In this document: one piece after another, positions 37,756 to 52,892 of the stretch
How positions within the stretch are numbered: the first letter of the stretch is position 1
Layout of the letters: each line of letters starts with the position of its first letter
Source: Octopus sinensis
Lineage: Eukaryota
Direction: 5' to 3'
NCBI RefSeq assembly: GCF_006345805.1
Contig: NW_021832126.1
Coordinates: forward strand, 1 to 64,000
DNA length: 64,000 bases
The notes under the pieces: model-generated
The model's database searches: none
What the model saw: the letters and a program-made list of their open reading frames with translations, nothing else
What the model was told of the DNA's origin: nothing
Program-made: the position numbers and the translations under genes

Positions 37756-40700
37756 TTATTTATTATTAGGGGGCGGATGCATAGAATTGAGATCGTCTTC
37801 AAATACATTGGCCGTCAAATATCCTGCCACTGACCCCGAACCGGATGTGATGTAGGCAGGCGTGGTTGTAGTGGCAATGAACAAGTCGTGTCGTTGGTCT
37901 CTGTACTCCTTCCAAACGGGGTTCTTGTTCAGAATCTCCATAATCTACAATTACCCAGACAAGAGCACCTCCCGCCCATAGGATGGGTTATTGGCGAACT
38001 GTTTTAGTGTCTTCACAATCAACGCCTTTATGGCCTTGAAATTCTCGAGACTCAATTCCGAGCCCAAAAATTCGAGAAGAGCGTCAAAGAGAGAACAATT
38101 AATGGCCTATGCATTAACCAAATCCTCGACTTGTGCGACAAAAACAGAAGAATTGTGGAGTGCCATGGAATAAAGTGTGCTGACGGTGTCTTCGAGTGAA
38201 TCAGTGGAGTACAACAAGGCCCTCTTCAATGGCCCAACACACTCGTAGGCCGACAGAAAGTTGAGACATGCCTACTCGATTAAAATGGGAGAATACAATA
38301 TTCTTGACTATTTGATTGAGAATGGCCACCACCATCGAGATTACGTCACCAGTCGCCACCTCAATCACCTGCACGAACTTGGGAAGCACTCCTATTTGGA
38401 CGAGCATGTCCATCAGTGAAGGCTGCGCACTGAACAGCAACACAATCGCATTCACAATGAGTTTGAGATCCCCTTTCTACAACTCAGGCCAGCCACGACC
38501 TTTTGCTGAAGAGAAATATCCCCGGAAAGGCGGAAGAACTCGTCGAGGACGTCAATGATGAATTCTCTGGGACGATGTAGGACCCATCGAGGGTTGTTGA
38601 TGAACAGTCGAATGTACACTCCTCCCACCATCAACTCGTTCGTTATATTTCCGTGCAGAATGACCATCTCATCGGATATGCGGAATCTGGCCTGTGCGTC
38701 CATCTTTAAAGCATTGTAGTGACTACAAGCTCACCGACATGCATTACCTGTTTGCCATCGAGGCCACCTCTCCACAAATGGAGGACCTGATTGTCCCATT
38801 CCAAATCAACTCGGGGTTCTCATTCGAGTCTATTAGAGTGTACAACAATACTAAACTATCGAATAATTGTAATGTGGCGGCTGTGGAATCCCTCATTGAG
38901 TCAATAAAGAGTGAGGGGATGAATTTGACCAGTTCAATCCTAATTCGAGGACCCACAAGTTTATCTCCCAACATTTTGGAGAAGAGGATGACCGCACTGT
39001 TCCTTACCATATGGTCCCCACTGTTGCAGAACAAATTCAAACACACAATCAGCAGCCCTGAAGTCGAATAAAACAATCCACCTTTGTTGTGAGCATCCTT
39101 AATGATCTTGGGATGTGACATCATCGAAGTCAACAAGGTCAGTACTTGAGCGTGGACTACTCGGAGTATAAAAAGAGAACCACCCTCAGAGTAGTGATGT
39201 AGTCCATATATCACATATCCAACCAACTCGAGTTTAGCAATGGCGACTACACACTCCTGGTTGTCGGCCAACAATATCATCAACTACACTCATCAAATTT
39301 AAGACAACATCAGCGAGAGGTCTGACAACCTCTTCCGAGTCGATAATGTAAAACAAAGACATTATCAGTCCCAGGAAAGGAATACTCAGTTTGTGCATTC
39401 CTACGAGTAATAAGAACACAACCACCCGGATACGCGCTTAGAAGATTAGCCAGTGCTTTCAAACACGTAGCAATATCTGCCGAGACCACAGTAAACTGGA
39501 TTTCTGGGAAAGCAGACTTATTGGGGTTGAGGGGGTCAATATTCTACACATACAACTCCTGAATAATACTTGTGATTGGAGGGAGATGAACTCGTACAGG
39601 GCATTAGAAAGACTGGTGGGTTTCTGAACATGTAATATTAAGAATGACTTTAATGGGGAATAGTGGTTGTTCGTTGTAGACTCCCACATACACTCCGTCG
39701 ACGTTGATTTCGAGTTGGTGGGAAGAATAAGTGAAGTCAGCGCCCAACAGATGGTCCACCTCGCACTACATTGATTAGAGGAGACACAACTCTATTCTCA
39801 ATCAGTTCTCGCTGTTCTTTACAGTAATCAGTCAACTCCTTTCTGCATACTCCATTCCAGATCATGTAAGGGTTTCGACAGTTGGATGAGAGCAGTTTCA
39901 ACACTTCCGGATACTCGTGCTCCCCCAACATTGACAAGATGTAGGGAGTCAAGAAGCAAGACATTGACTTCCTCACCAATCCATTGAACACAGGGTCACT
40001 CACGCTGTGTGTCGAGTCATACCCCCCCAAACAAGAAATAGCCCGAATGGAAACCATCGACAGTTGATTCATGAGTGCCTTACGTGATGAGAACACATGA
40101 ACCTGCCGATTGGTCTCATCACTCGTCTCGACTCCTCCTTCCTCCAAAGTGTAGTCGTACAAAAAGACGAGAGGACACAAATAACACAGCACCGACCGCT
40201 GGAAGAGAGACATTTGAAGAGTCAAATCACAGGAGAGAGCCCCAATGCAGACAATGGCTTCTTGGCATGTCCGCGGAATGTTCTCGAATTGAGATTAAAG
40301 CATTACTGCAGTGAATCGGAGAATAAGCACAATGTCGTCCATAAAGCAGGCCAACTGCTGTATCACCGTCTGGGAATCGTCGAACATGGAGGCCACCGAA
40401 TAACATTTAAGCACATTCAAGCATATCTGCGACCTCACTCACTCCACTCACTTTGGAAGGTCGGTCCTCATCTCGACTTGACGTATTCAGCATTTGACAG
40501 CATCGGGAAAATGACGTTTGCAATACCTGAAATGAGGACAGTCGAAAGAAACCGAAAGACCATTCTCTCTGCGTAACTCCTCCGCATTCAGAGGAGAACA
40601 GGCCACTGTCCAGTAGCACAATTCGGTGGCTGCCTCCAGAAGGGAACACTTTTTCTGAAATAGTTGAGTGTCGTTGGATTCTTTTCTTATTGTCGCCACC

Positions 40701-43700
40701 AACATTGCATATCCCGGGTACTTGTACACGCTCAGTTCTGCATTCTAATAAAGCAGTTGCGCACCTTTAAGGAACCGACTGAAAACGATGGACTGCCCCT
40801 TGAGAATTAAAATTATATTATTTTCATCAGGACCAGACTTCCTGGTTGACTTGTCCGTCAGAAACTGGTATGCTGCGTTCATCTTGTCAAACATTTCCTT
40901 AAAGATCACTACTCAGAACAGACCCTTCCCTCTATGTTTTTGTCAGGGTGATACTTCTGGGCCATTCTAAAGTAGGACTGACGGATTTTTGACTCGCTCA
41001 GTCTAATCAATACTACTAATAATAATTAACTCGTTTTCTTTCAATCCCAGAATCTCACACGCAGTCTCGTTGTTTATTTTTGGGGGCTTCTTCTCAATCT
41101 CTTGTTTCCACGTCAACAACAGGTCTTTGAGAAATAAGACCTAAATAATGACACAAATGAGTAAACTGGGTCTTTGACAGGCCAATCGGGAAATCGGTCG
41201 ACGTCACAAAAATTGCGGAGATAGAATATATTGCAAAAAAGCTCATTCTCGAGTTGAGGGTAGATTATGAGGGGAACTGGACAGAATTGATAGAGAGCCT
41301 TGACATTGCTCATCAGACGGATCGTGTAGTCTGAGATGTGAGTGGCAATCCGCGCAATCATGTGATTTCTAGGGAATCAACAAAAACAGACTTACTTCAT
41401 CGAAGTATTCCAAATCACTTCAGGATTGTCAAATTCCCCCAAATAAATCCTGGAAAACTCTTCAGGAGAGTAGTTGACCAAATAGTTGATCATGGCCTCG
41501 GGCAGTAGATTGCTTAGAATGCTCTTTTTGACCAAATCAGACACACCCTCCTACGAAATGAACTCTTAGGACAACTCGGTCGCAGTAAAAGTTCTGTTTG
41601 TCGTGTGTCTGTTTAAGAAAACGTGAAATCGGGAATATGTTCGAGCCAGTGTACATCAATATAAAGTAGAATAGTCCAGTCTGATATAGTTTCCCTATTA
41701 TTGGGTTGTCCTCCACAATTTGGTAGAGGAGGACAGCACATCTCTCCACAATCGGGGGATAGAACGTCAACAGAAGCTGCCAATGGAGCACGCGGACTAC
41801 CTGGACTATGTGAGACAGGTTACTTCCCGATGTCAATATTTTCTTAATCCGTGGGATTGGGTGGAATACCGAGTTATTCGAATCTCTGCATCCCATGACA
41901 AACAATAATAAACCTGCTCGGGTAGAATTCGCAGACGCTGATCAGAGTATCTAACAATGTGATGGCAATCTCCGATTCTGTCAAAATGGCGTCATTCGAA
42001 GGCATCAACTGCCACTTCAACTGGGGGACTAGATTTATGGGAGTCCAATTATCCATTCCATTACACCAAACACGCGTTTTGAATGTAATCTTCTCGTCGT
42101 TCTGAAATTGAATGAGCTAGTCAGTCACAATGTCCAGGACATACATCGGACAGTGAGTAAGGACCCATCGTCTTACTACTCCCTGCCGCAATATGCCACT
42201 CTTTGGCGACAGAACGGTCATTGGACTCAGGACTGGCTTCGATCAGATTGCTCTGCCCGGGGAGGACTGCTCTTGTCAAGTGCAAGTGTGCCAGAGTTAT
42301 CATTTCCAATAATTTCTTGACATTGGCAGCAGTCAGCAATGTTTTGCAGTTATCCTTATGAGTTATAAAGACAACCCAACCTTATACAACAATAGTTTTG
42401 ATATGAATATTACTAGTCTGTCCCTTTCCAGGCAGAGAGTGCACTACAATCACAGTCCAGCATTACATTGTCCAACAAAGACATGAAAAAGCAGCAATCC
42501 GACAAATGCCCGATCTCCATGTAGTACATCTCATAGACCTTCGTCATTGCTTGGAGGCAAGTCCAGCGGAGGGGAGGTTGGGACGTCAGAAACTTGCGGA
42601 ATAGGTCGTTGAATAGACGATAACTGGTTTATTAGAACAAACATTACGGATTTCTGATTAACCCCTTACAACTGTCCTCCAGCAGATACCGGACATAGCA
42701 ACCACCTTTGATGGTGAAGAGACAATACCGATTTCCAACACTTGTTCTACTGACTTGTAGTGCACTTCAAATTCCTTAAAGTTCCAGGAAATGTCTAAAT
42801 TGCCGAATAGTTCAATGTCTCTGTCCAGTCCGCGAATCTCGTTTTCAAGAGAAATCCTCAACTCTTCCCTCGTCTGAAATATTAGTCAACACTCCACCTT
42901 GAAATTCCATATCAAGTCAACGCAGGAATGGTCTTGTGCGAACATGTGATAAAACAGTTTCCAATTGAGTGTGTTCACCATTCTCTTCCTCGGTCGTCTC
43001 AACGTCACCACCATGTCCGGAGTGGCCTGCAGTTGAGCAACACACTCACAACAGGTCTGTTTCGTCGGAAACTTAGTCGCCAGTGCTGCAAAAAATGTTC
43101 AATTTTCTCTTCCACGATTTGTACTTTTTGGAACGTTTTGCTCGCCTGAGACGTCTTCTGGAAGATTAGACAAACAAGGGGACCTGGAGGATGGCCATGT
43201 TGTCTCTCACGTTGAGGAGATCCTGCTCAGATTCGTCAACCTGATCACTGGAATACAAGTACGTGACCAATCCGGGGGGCTGTATAATAAAAAGGGCGAC
43301 TCACCACAATCCGATTGAATAACGTGAATGTCCCTTCATTGTCGCATGTCCACAACTCGAGAAGACGACGACTGAGTTGTCTATTCGTAATAGTTTCAAC
43401 AAATTACTTGTTGGCAAGCATTCGTGGCTCGTTCGAGGTAGTAAAAAGTGCAGTGTAGAAATGTCTTATGAGGGATCCTTCCGCCAGTGCATAAGTCTGC
43501 AATTTCTGTGCTTTGGAGAGAGACCCTTCCTGAAATAAGAGTAGGGAGTCACCTCAATCATTGCCTTCAACAACAATCCTGCCCCCTTCACAATGGCAAG
43601 GGATGGATGCTGGAATAGTCATAACTCGAGTACATCAAATAGTTTGAACAGAGGACGCCCCAGTTCTGATACGAGCTCCAAGAGAAGGTCAAACTTTTCC

Positions 43701-45716
43701 GGGGAGGTGGTCTCCGAGTAGGGCTGACATAACGAAAAAGTAAGAAAGTCGAGAAATGCAGTGATGACGAGTGCCCCAGTCCGTTTGTTCTGTACATATT
43801 ACGAATTGTCTTACAATATGCCCAACAAACGTCTCAAGAATTTCCAACAGAAACTTTTGGAGGAGAGAAGAGACATTTTGTTCATTTGTTCCTGCAGAAG
43901 ATCCGAGTCTCCGTGCATGGGTTGCATGAGGGAACAAATCACTTCGATTGCTGCGTGAGTGAGCGAGTCGTTGCAAAGACGGAGAGCCTTGACCACCATG
44001 ATCCCAACCTTCTCACGGAGACTGCAATATAACACACTCACAAACCACGAAAGTTGAGTGAATGAGTTGAACCCAGCTTTGGAAGCAAACAATCTCCTCA
44101 AAGCAAAAAAATATGACAAAAAAGTGGACGAGTCAAACTTATCGACCGAACCTGCGATGAGTCCCGAGAGTGCCATGCAAATCATTTTTTCCTTGTTTTC
44201 GGCAAACAAGTTCTAAAATCAGTTGAAAGGACTCACGTCGGCAGTGACCGAATGGACCAGACCACGATACGACACGTTCGCGTTAAACCTCTCGACCACA
44301 TCACTCTCCTCTACAGTTCAGTCAAGACACATACGGTCAATCTGATAAAGCAGTTTCAAATGAATTCGCTCAATTTCTTCTCCCGCTTGAGCGGAGAAGG
44401 GAACTTGGATAGAGGGGGAGTCTTACTTAATCTATGCCCACGGTTGGTGACACTCACTTTGACGTGAGCATCGGCATTCCCCGAGGCTCTCACTGCATCC
44501 AGGAGGGACACAACTGCCACATCACTGAACAATCAAATAAAATAATAACCGGGAGGATGAAATATAACTGCGAATATCCTCATTTGTATACTCAATACTG
44601 AACATTTGGGGATCCCGCTGATCACAAATAATCGAGAACACCTTCGTTAGCCATTATAGCAATACATTGCAGAGAATGCGACATGTGATTGGGTTGTACG
44701 ACAGGGGGTCGCGCTCCACCAAACACGTCGACGTCAGACAGAGCAGTCTCTTAGTCAACTGTTGATGTCGTCGGGACACTTTATTGACAGGAAATTCGAC
44801 ATAAGAAGTCAGTGCCTCGTCATGGCTGCAAATCAACCAAAACGTAAAACCAGCAGGAACCGAATTTTGTCTCCAAAAAAGAATCAAATGAAACAACAGA
44901 ACGACTGTATAATATGTCGATGAACAAATTCGACATTGCTGCCTCACCAACTGCCCTTGCAAACAGGTCTCTCTTCTCCAAGGCGTAGAGGTGCTACACC
45001 TCCCATATGAACACTCACCTTACGCCCAAACCCTCCATAAGCAATGGAAATTCCCCCATGCATAAAGTCGACATCAAGAAGGCCCTCAATATGCAGATAG
45101 TCGTAATTAGTTATCAATTCCCCGGTTGTGTCCACTACGGAAACCCACGCCGAGTGGACGTGGAGAGTGACCGACTCTGTTCCCCCATTCCACATGTATT
45201 TTATGCCCGAATACTTCTATTTGAATTATGTTATAATGACCAACTTTCACTTCTTTCACATTAAACGACTTTTTAGTGATTTGTTTCTAAATTATGTGGC
45301 AAATGAGCAAACAAGAACATCCGTTATCAACTCATTTCGATAGTCGGAGGAAAATTTCATGTTTCCGATTTTCCCGGTCTCCTTTCTTCCGGTAATTATG
45401 AATTCTGAGTTGGGAGACTTGCCCACTGGGGAGATGGAGACGAGAGAGTCATAAGGCCACTAAAAGTCGTTATTTAAGAGATATGCTGGCTATTGTCAAT
45501 AGACCACAGAAAATAATGGTCAAACCCACAACATACTTTGTTTGTGAGTTCTTTGGAGTTGGGGTTCGTTGTGTAGACGCAGTTGTCGCAGATACTTAGA
45601 ATTCGTTTATATCTAAAATGTGGGTTTTCGGACGGGGTTAACTTGCCCTTCCACGAATGTTTTACAACAAGGTGCGAAATAAGTGGAATGTCACTGAATG
45701 TTGTCTTTGAGGACAT
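37756..45716 (-). CDS. DNAJC13: DNAJC13 (RME-8), copy 2
   Basis: Same as 4,945-12,905 apart from a few mostly synonymous or intronic SNPs. Confidence 0.95.
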
Positions 45717-45851
45717 GACCCGGATTTATAATGCTAACGTCAAAGCAATTAAATAATTTAGAATCTTATTAAAGTTAAAATATTGTACCGTTATATTTTT
45801 AATTCAATATATAATAATTAATTACAAAAATCAACTATTGTATCTATAGTT

Positions 45852-46967
45852 ATGTCCAACGAACAACAGGGGGAATTTGACGTCCAACAATTCGTCAAAG
45901 AATTCGGTCCAATACACTTAGAGAATCCTTAGACAGCGAGGACATCCAGTCAATACTCTACTCTGACCGACTGGAGGCTAGAAGAGGAGATGATACCCTG
46001 GGGACATACAACGTCATGGTTAATAAAAATATATTCGAAAATCGGGAAACTCTGCGAATTTATATTTCTGGGGACTTTGACCTTGAAGGGATAGTACAAA
46101 CCTTTTCCGTGGAAACATTTGTGACTTTATCGTTAGAAACGTTGTTCCAGAGATACTACGAAAAAATTAAAGTTAGATTTTTAGTGCATTTGTAGGTTAA
46201 AAATAAACTCCCGACTTATCGAGAAGTTCTGATTAAAAAAATTGAGGAAAATTACTTGGTCCAATCATCGGGAAAGAATTGGGAGATTGTAGGATCAGAC
46301 CAATCCACATATTTCTCCTCAGGTCCACTTTGTCCATCGAGTCTTAGGGGCGAGGATAATCCTACTCAGAATGCTCGCTCAAAAAAACATCAGTGCATCG
46401 TTCCAGATAGATTGTATGTCTAAATTGGGCGTATTGACTAAGTGTTGCTATGTTGGCCCATTCATTTTATTTACTGCGCAGAGTGCATTGCCAAACACCT
46501 TCATTGAAGCTAACAACGAGTCCAACCTCTTGTTTGGTTATCAAGAGGAGATAATTCAACAACCGAGCCCCTCGGTGGTCACTCATTTCATGCTGGCCGG
46601 AGATGGGTCGCTCGTGTTTTGTTTACTTTGTAGGCATATAATAAGCATGCAACAAGTCGGCTTTGAGTTCACTCTCAGGGCAGTTAAATTTCCCTGTGTG
46701 TTAAGTTTGAGGCAACCACGGAATAAATATATTCCTGAAAAGATAGATTTGGATTGGAAGACTGACCTGGAACTGTGCAGCAAGTACATCGACTTTAAGG
46801 TTCTCTTTTTTTGTGTTTTTTAGGAGAGAAAGGCAAATGACTGTCAAGTTTTTCTTGAGAATAAACCGCAGTTGAAACGAATCATGTCGGACCTAATTCA
46901 GTCACTTTTACTGCGGAAACCTGATAATATTCCTCAATTTTTAGTCGATTATTTTAAAGTTTATTAA
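45852..46967 (+). CDS. CATIP: CATIP, copy 2
   Basis: Same as 13,041-14,156. Confidence 0.78.
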
Positions 46968-47158
46968 CACTTACAAATTAACATTTTAATTGGTTTAATT
47001 GTCAAATCAATCTGTAAAATCAACTTTTTCAAACAATTAAACAAGGGTTTTTATTACAAAATTGTAGTATCAAAACTTTAAAATTTTTATGACGTAGATA
47101 ACCAAGTTCCTTTTGAGATCGCTTGCTTAGTTTCTCTCGCATAAATTTCTGAGTTCTA

Positions 47159-47716
47159 TCATATTTTAGAGAATAGAGAATTCCCTGATAAGCTTATGTT
47201 CTCATTGGGTCGGTTGAATTCCCCCATCCAAAGTAAATTCTCTTCGTATGCTTTAACAAAAATTCTTTTTGTATCGGCAGACATAAAGAAGTGTTGATAA
47301 TCGGTTAAAAAACACCAAATAACAATAAGAGCTCGGTGATAAGCAAATTCCCCCTTTCCACGGCAGCCTTAAGTGCAGAATTCATACCAAACAAATTGTC
47401 ACATGCAATATTTTGAAAAGTCCAAGAAAATCTCCCTTTAAAGCCAAGACAATCATTATTTGTCGAAAACTGCCATTTTAAGCTGTCGATATACTTTGAT
47501 GGATATTGGAGACTCTTAGGTCAACCAATGAATGATTTTTCGATATACTTTAAGCGAATATAATTCTCCTTGAAGTTTTTCATTGGCCAGTGGTTTTCGA
47601 AAAGTATGATTTGAGAATAGTTCTTCCCCAAAAAATTGATTAGCCTTTGATTTTATGAGTTTAAGAAAGAGAGAACGTTCACCTCGGAGACAGGTTTCTT
47701 TTTTAAATGACTTGAT
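47159..47716 (-). CDS. Hypothetical protein, copy 2 of 14,348-14,905
   Basis: Same open exons. Confidence 0.4.
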
Positions 47717-48435
47717 CTAAAACAATAATTAAAAATTATAAACCCTACTAAAATGAAAGCCCAAACTAATGTGGAATGAGCAGCACTCGTCACATAAATT
47801 TAGTTTTTACAAGTTCGTAAGGCATACATTCGAAAACCAGCACGGGCTGGTATAATTCAGGAATGTTTCAAAAAAATTGTTTAAAAACGTTTAGTGGGCT
47901 TTCTTTGGCCTGACCAAACTATTGGCCCAATATGGCTTTTAAAAGGTTTAGTTTAAGTTTGACTTTACTCCATGTGAAGTCAATGTGCTGAAAAAAGAGA
48001 GCCATTGGTGAAAGATGACCTCAAAAATTCTGGAATGTTTATGGCTTCGTGATGTGCTAATAATAGTAAAATTAATTTCATTAATAGTAATTTAGTTATA
48101 AATTGTTATGTTTTAAAGCGATTAATTTTGTTGGGTGTTAATTGTTTCTAGTGGCTGCACCACGTGCGATGTCCTTCAGGGTCAAGTTCGGATCCATTTG
48201 AGTCCCATATTGTAATATATCAAACCACAAGTATCTTACTCAATTTGATCAAATACGTCAAAAAAACTTACCTTAGTGGCAAGAAACATAATAAATCACT
48301 TTTAAAATAATAGCGTTCATATTAAATTCTAAAAATGCGTCTTTATTTTCACCAAAAAAACACGAGATCTCCACTTGTGTGCAACCAAATAAATTTTGAT
48401 CTTTTATGAACGTTTTTGCATTCAAAACTGGAGTC

Positions 48436-48839
48436 AGACGTTCCTTTTTTTACCGAAAAATTTTTCAGTCAATCAGTATGGTAAAACTAACCTATCTCAC
48501 GATGGTTTAAACTCACCTCAAGTTCCCTGTTAGTGGATGAACAATCCTACACTTTGCGATTTATGCTTCGCAATGATAGGAAGCGCCAACATCGAAAGAT
48601 CAAAAAGCACTTTCGCTATGTACGTTTGGGTGCCACAAGCCAATTATCCCTGTGGTAACTTTTCTGTCACTTTTAACTTAAAGCTTATACAAGTAAAAGG
48701 GTCTATAGGCCATGCTTTTGACCATTGCATGCGTACTGAACATGCAAATAAGGGGAGTTTTTACTCTTTCGGTGCTATGACAGATTTCTGTTCCACTTGA
48801 GCTCACCTTTGGACATCTGCGTTATTGTTTAGCAGATGT
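48436..48839 (-). pseudogene. Decayed 28S rRNA fragment, copy 2
   Basis: Same as 15,625-16,028. Confidence 0.92.
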
Positions 48840-49757
48840 TGTTTAGCAAATATGTATATAAATTAAAAATCCTGAGCCCCACTTAGAGGTTCCGGTAATT
48901 TCTAAATTTGGAAATTACCGCACAAAGATTATATTTTTTTCAAACTACCCCAAAAATAGAGGTTTCCCAAGCCAGAGGTCTGCCCCAAATGGAGGCTATA
49001 CTCTATTATCATATCTGTGAGCGTTTTGACAAGACATCAACATAACCTTATATAATACGCATGTTAAATTATTTATTTAAAAATTATCAAGGTAACCCGT
49101 AGTACTCGGTAACCGGTAGCGCCTGTGACATAACAAATCCATCTTGTGTGCAATGCTGATTGAATTATATTTTATATGATTTTAATAATATTTCAGTTTG
49201 CCAATTTTAGAAGACATTCATGATTGGAAATTTTATCTATTTTGAAAATTTCCATTTTCGAATATGTGATCAAATATCAAAGTTTAGTTGTTTAATGAGG
49301 TAATAAATCCACTTTTCGTGTAATTAGGCTATTTTCTCACCCGTAAGAAGTCGATAAAAAATTAGAATGATAATAAAAGTAACCTCAAAAAATTCCCTTA
49401 CCATTCAACCAGTGACAAAAGAATGTTTGGGCTTTGAACATCCATTTCATGAAATTAAGCATATCAAAGCAAACTTATATATTTATTGAATCAACTAACA
49501 AAAAATAAACACAGGCAATATAACTCTGAATGATAAAATAATCCAATTTATTTTATAACAATCAAACTAAAATTTTATTTATATTAACTAATTAAACTCC
49601 GGAACTTTTCCGATCAATTGTTTTAGAAAAATCAATTGATCTTTTTGGCTTCACGAAAACTAATATATTAAAATATATTTAATTACATTCTAAGAAGATA
49701 CAAGAGAAAATCACAAACAGGATGAGCGATGCAACATATATATAAAATGCTACAATT

Positions 49758-50721
49758 TCACTTAATTAAATTACTATTTTTTTGTTCGTTATCAAATTCT
49801 GTTTCCATTTCTTTAATTGGTTCTGGTTCTACCCATTTTAGTTTCTTCGTATCATATCCAGTCAGCATTTCTCTTTTATCCCTCACATAACTATTGATGT
49901 AGTATATTTCCTGATTTCCATATGGTAGTTCTATAAACACCGTTAAAAGCAAATTTTTTAATTGTGAATTCCGTATTATTATGGTAACAGAATCTAACAA
50001 TGAAAATAAATATTAAACTGTTTTCTGCTTGTTCACATATTTTGTATTCGTTGATACAGAGTGTAGCGGAAGTAAAATTATCTGTTTTTGTTATTAGCGA
50101 GAATTGTAGGAAATATTTGTGATAATAAGTTGTGTGGATTTCTGATAAAACTTGATCAAAATCTATTTTCAATAATGTATAAAATACCGAAAAATATTTT
50201 TTTGGCGTCTGTTTCTATCCAATATCTGAACGAATAATCAACATAGTTTAAATTGTATTCAATATCTGGCTTCAAGTCGCCGTGGCCATTACGATTTCTC
50301 ATCTATTAATTATAGATAAAGATGAACTATTTCTATTCTATCTCGTGTATTCAATCCAGAGTTTTCTCTCGAAAAAATAACAGAATCTGATTTATGAAAC
50401 GGTCTTCTAAATTCCGCTTTGGGTAATTCTATTTCAGATTCCTACAATCTCAAACATAAAACCATACGTTAAATACTTGATCTCTTTTTGTGATTGAAGG
50501 ATCATTGAGATCTTTTAATTTATATACTCTGAATAAATCTAAAAATCATGTTTATAAATTTTTGCCTTCTTTAGATAAGCAAAATGGTCTGGGTCTGGAA
50601 TTAAAATCCATTCTGGGTGAAAAAGGCAGTAATTCTACGAATAATAATTTTTAAGAGCAATACTTAAGTGGCTAAATTCGTGAGCCCAGCAATACACAAA
50701 TAAAAAGAGTAGTGCAAACAT
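49758..50721 (-). pseudogene. Orphan secreted protein, copy 2, with a +1 frameshift near 50,190
   Basis: taccgaaaaata versus taccgaaaata in copy 1 breaks the largest exon. Could be a homopolymer consensus error. Confidence 0.55.
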
Positions 50722-51179
50722 TCTAAAACTTGCCAAATAGATAATATTTATATATAAAGCACGCGTTCCTTCCATGAAACTCCCATAAATGCCAAATTAA
50801 GATAATACATAATTTAGTAACTTTTTTTCGACAAAAACAGCGCTGTACCGCTAAGTTTAAAATATTGTTTAAAAATTCTTAATTATGGCCCACATTTTTT
50901 AATCAGGCACATCAACGTTGAAGGAAAATGTATGAGAGACTATGATATCCATATTTCCGAAAATTACAAAAACTGGGAATTCTCCACTAATTATCGTGTT
51001 TTTAAAACTGTGGAGAAGTAATACTTTTTTATTATCAGAAAATCTCTTTATTTTCTTAACTATTTTGAAACAGCTACGTTAACAATACAAAGCTTGCAAC
51101 TGTCAAAAAAATGGCAGATATGGCATGAAGAAAAGCGAAAACTTTGATCATCACTTGCCGGCTAGAAAGATGTCCAGGA

Positions 51180-52308
51180 AAAAAAAGATCGACAACGACG
51201 TGTACGATTCGAGAGGCAGTTCTTGCAAAGAATTAAGATCAAAACGCGCTGGAATTTCAATGCGATTTTTTCGCTCACCAGCCGTAACAACTACTCAGCC
51301 TCCTTACCAACCACGCCAAAGAATTGTAACGACAAAGCAATAGCGTTATCCAAAGCCTAGAGAACATACAACAACATCTCAGACAGGGAATCCACACATG
51401 TCAGGTCAGAAACGAGAGACCTACCTCGCTTATATGGGAATGTATTCATCCCATCTGGACGTTTTCCATCACCCCGAAAGAGGCCAACGAGAATCCCACG
51501 GAATCAAATGTCCTCTTAATCACTTGACCAACACTCATCTTACAAGACAAGACGTGTAATCCGTTTGAAAGGATCATGAAACGACATCGGCAACGGTGCG
51601 GTTGACATATATCAAGTCAAGTCGAATACACATTCCGATGCGAACAGTCTCGTCCTCCAAAAGTAGACCGTTGGACACCAACGGGAGAGCGTTTAGCCAA
51701 TCCCCCAAGTGCGCCTGGCAGCCGCAGTTCAAAGAAGCTAGCTGAATCTAATCGGCCTGCAAGCGAAGACTCTCCAACAGGTGTGAACATCTGATGACAT
51801 GGAAGGACTCTCTGGAAGGTCAAGTCCGAGCGATCTCCAGGCGTGAACAGCCACATGGTATTCCGTAAGCTTGCCAAGTTCGGGTGAGTTTATAAGAACA
51901 GAGCGAACGAAATTTCCAGAAGGGGACAACGATGGGAGATAGCAAGGCAAGATCTTTGCAAGAACGAACCCCAATACCCCCAAAGGGAGTGTGAGTGCAG
52001 TACGAGCACGTCCCACCTCATAAACAACGTGTTCAGAAGGAATTGTAACGACAAAGCAATAGCGTCATCCAAAGCCAGAAGTTCTTGATGTGAATGATAA
52101 CAAGGAGATAATAATGCAGCCGAGGGATTTAAAGAAAGTTTTTGAGTAAGAATAGCCCCAAATGAGAGTCAAAATGACAAATTCGAGTTCACAGATCCAA
52201 AATCTTTCCTTTTTGCGAGACGACAGCCTTTGCAACACCTTTATCACAAATAAGAAAACCAATAATCACAAGATCTGAAAGGGCAATTAAAAGGAGCCCG
52301 TCAATCTT
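51180..52308 (-). mobile_element. Degenerate CRE-like retrotransposon fragment, copy 2
   Basis: Same as 18,350-19,475 with several different 1-bp indels. Confidence 0.85.
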
Positions 52309-52892
52309 CTGCCATACTCCGATGTGTTAGTGGCTCAAAAAAGTCCAATTACTTTATATTTATCTCTGTTTAATGATAGTCCAATTTTCGCAAATTCAAA
52401 TTTTGTGCTCGATAAAGAATACTTGGACGTATCCTGACGCCCCTATGCAAAATAATGGAGTCGTATTTCCTGCTGCTTTCGAGTCAGATCGAATGTGATG
52501 CATTCAATCTGTGCTTGAATTGTGGTCGAACACACAACTATGATATTGTGGTCGAGAAATTATTCAAATGTGTGATTGAATTATTGAAATTCTGAGTTTT
52601 AAATTTTCTTGATAATCAAAGTTGTCGACTGGAGAGTTCCAAAATGCAAAACTAAATTGCTCAAAAACTGCAAATTCAAAACACGTAGATTTCATTGCTC
52701 ATGACAATCTGCAGACACCGAAAACATTAATGAGAAAATTGGTAATTATTCAATTTTAAGTGATACTTTTTATATCCAATTTTTAGGCATTTTAAAAACA
52801 AATAACTTAGAGAAATAATATTATTGTTTTCATTTTTTTATGTATTTGATTTAAAATTAATTTAATACAAATAATACAAATAAATTGATATA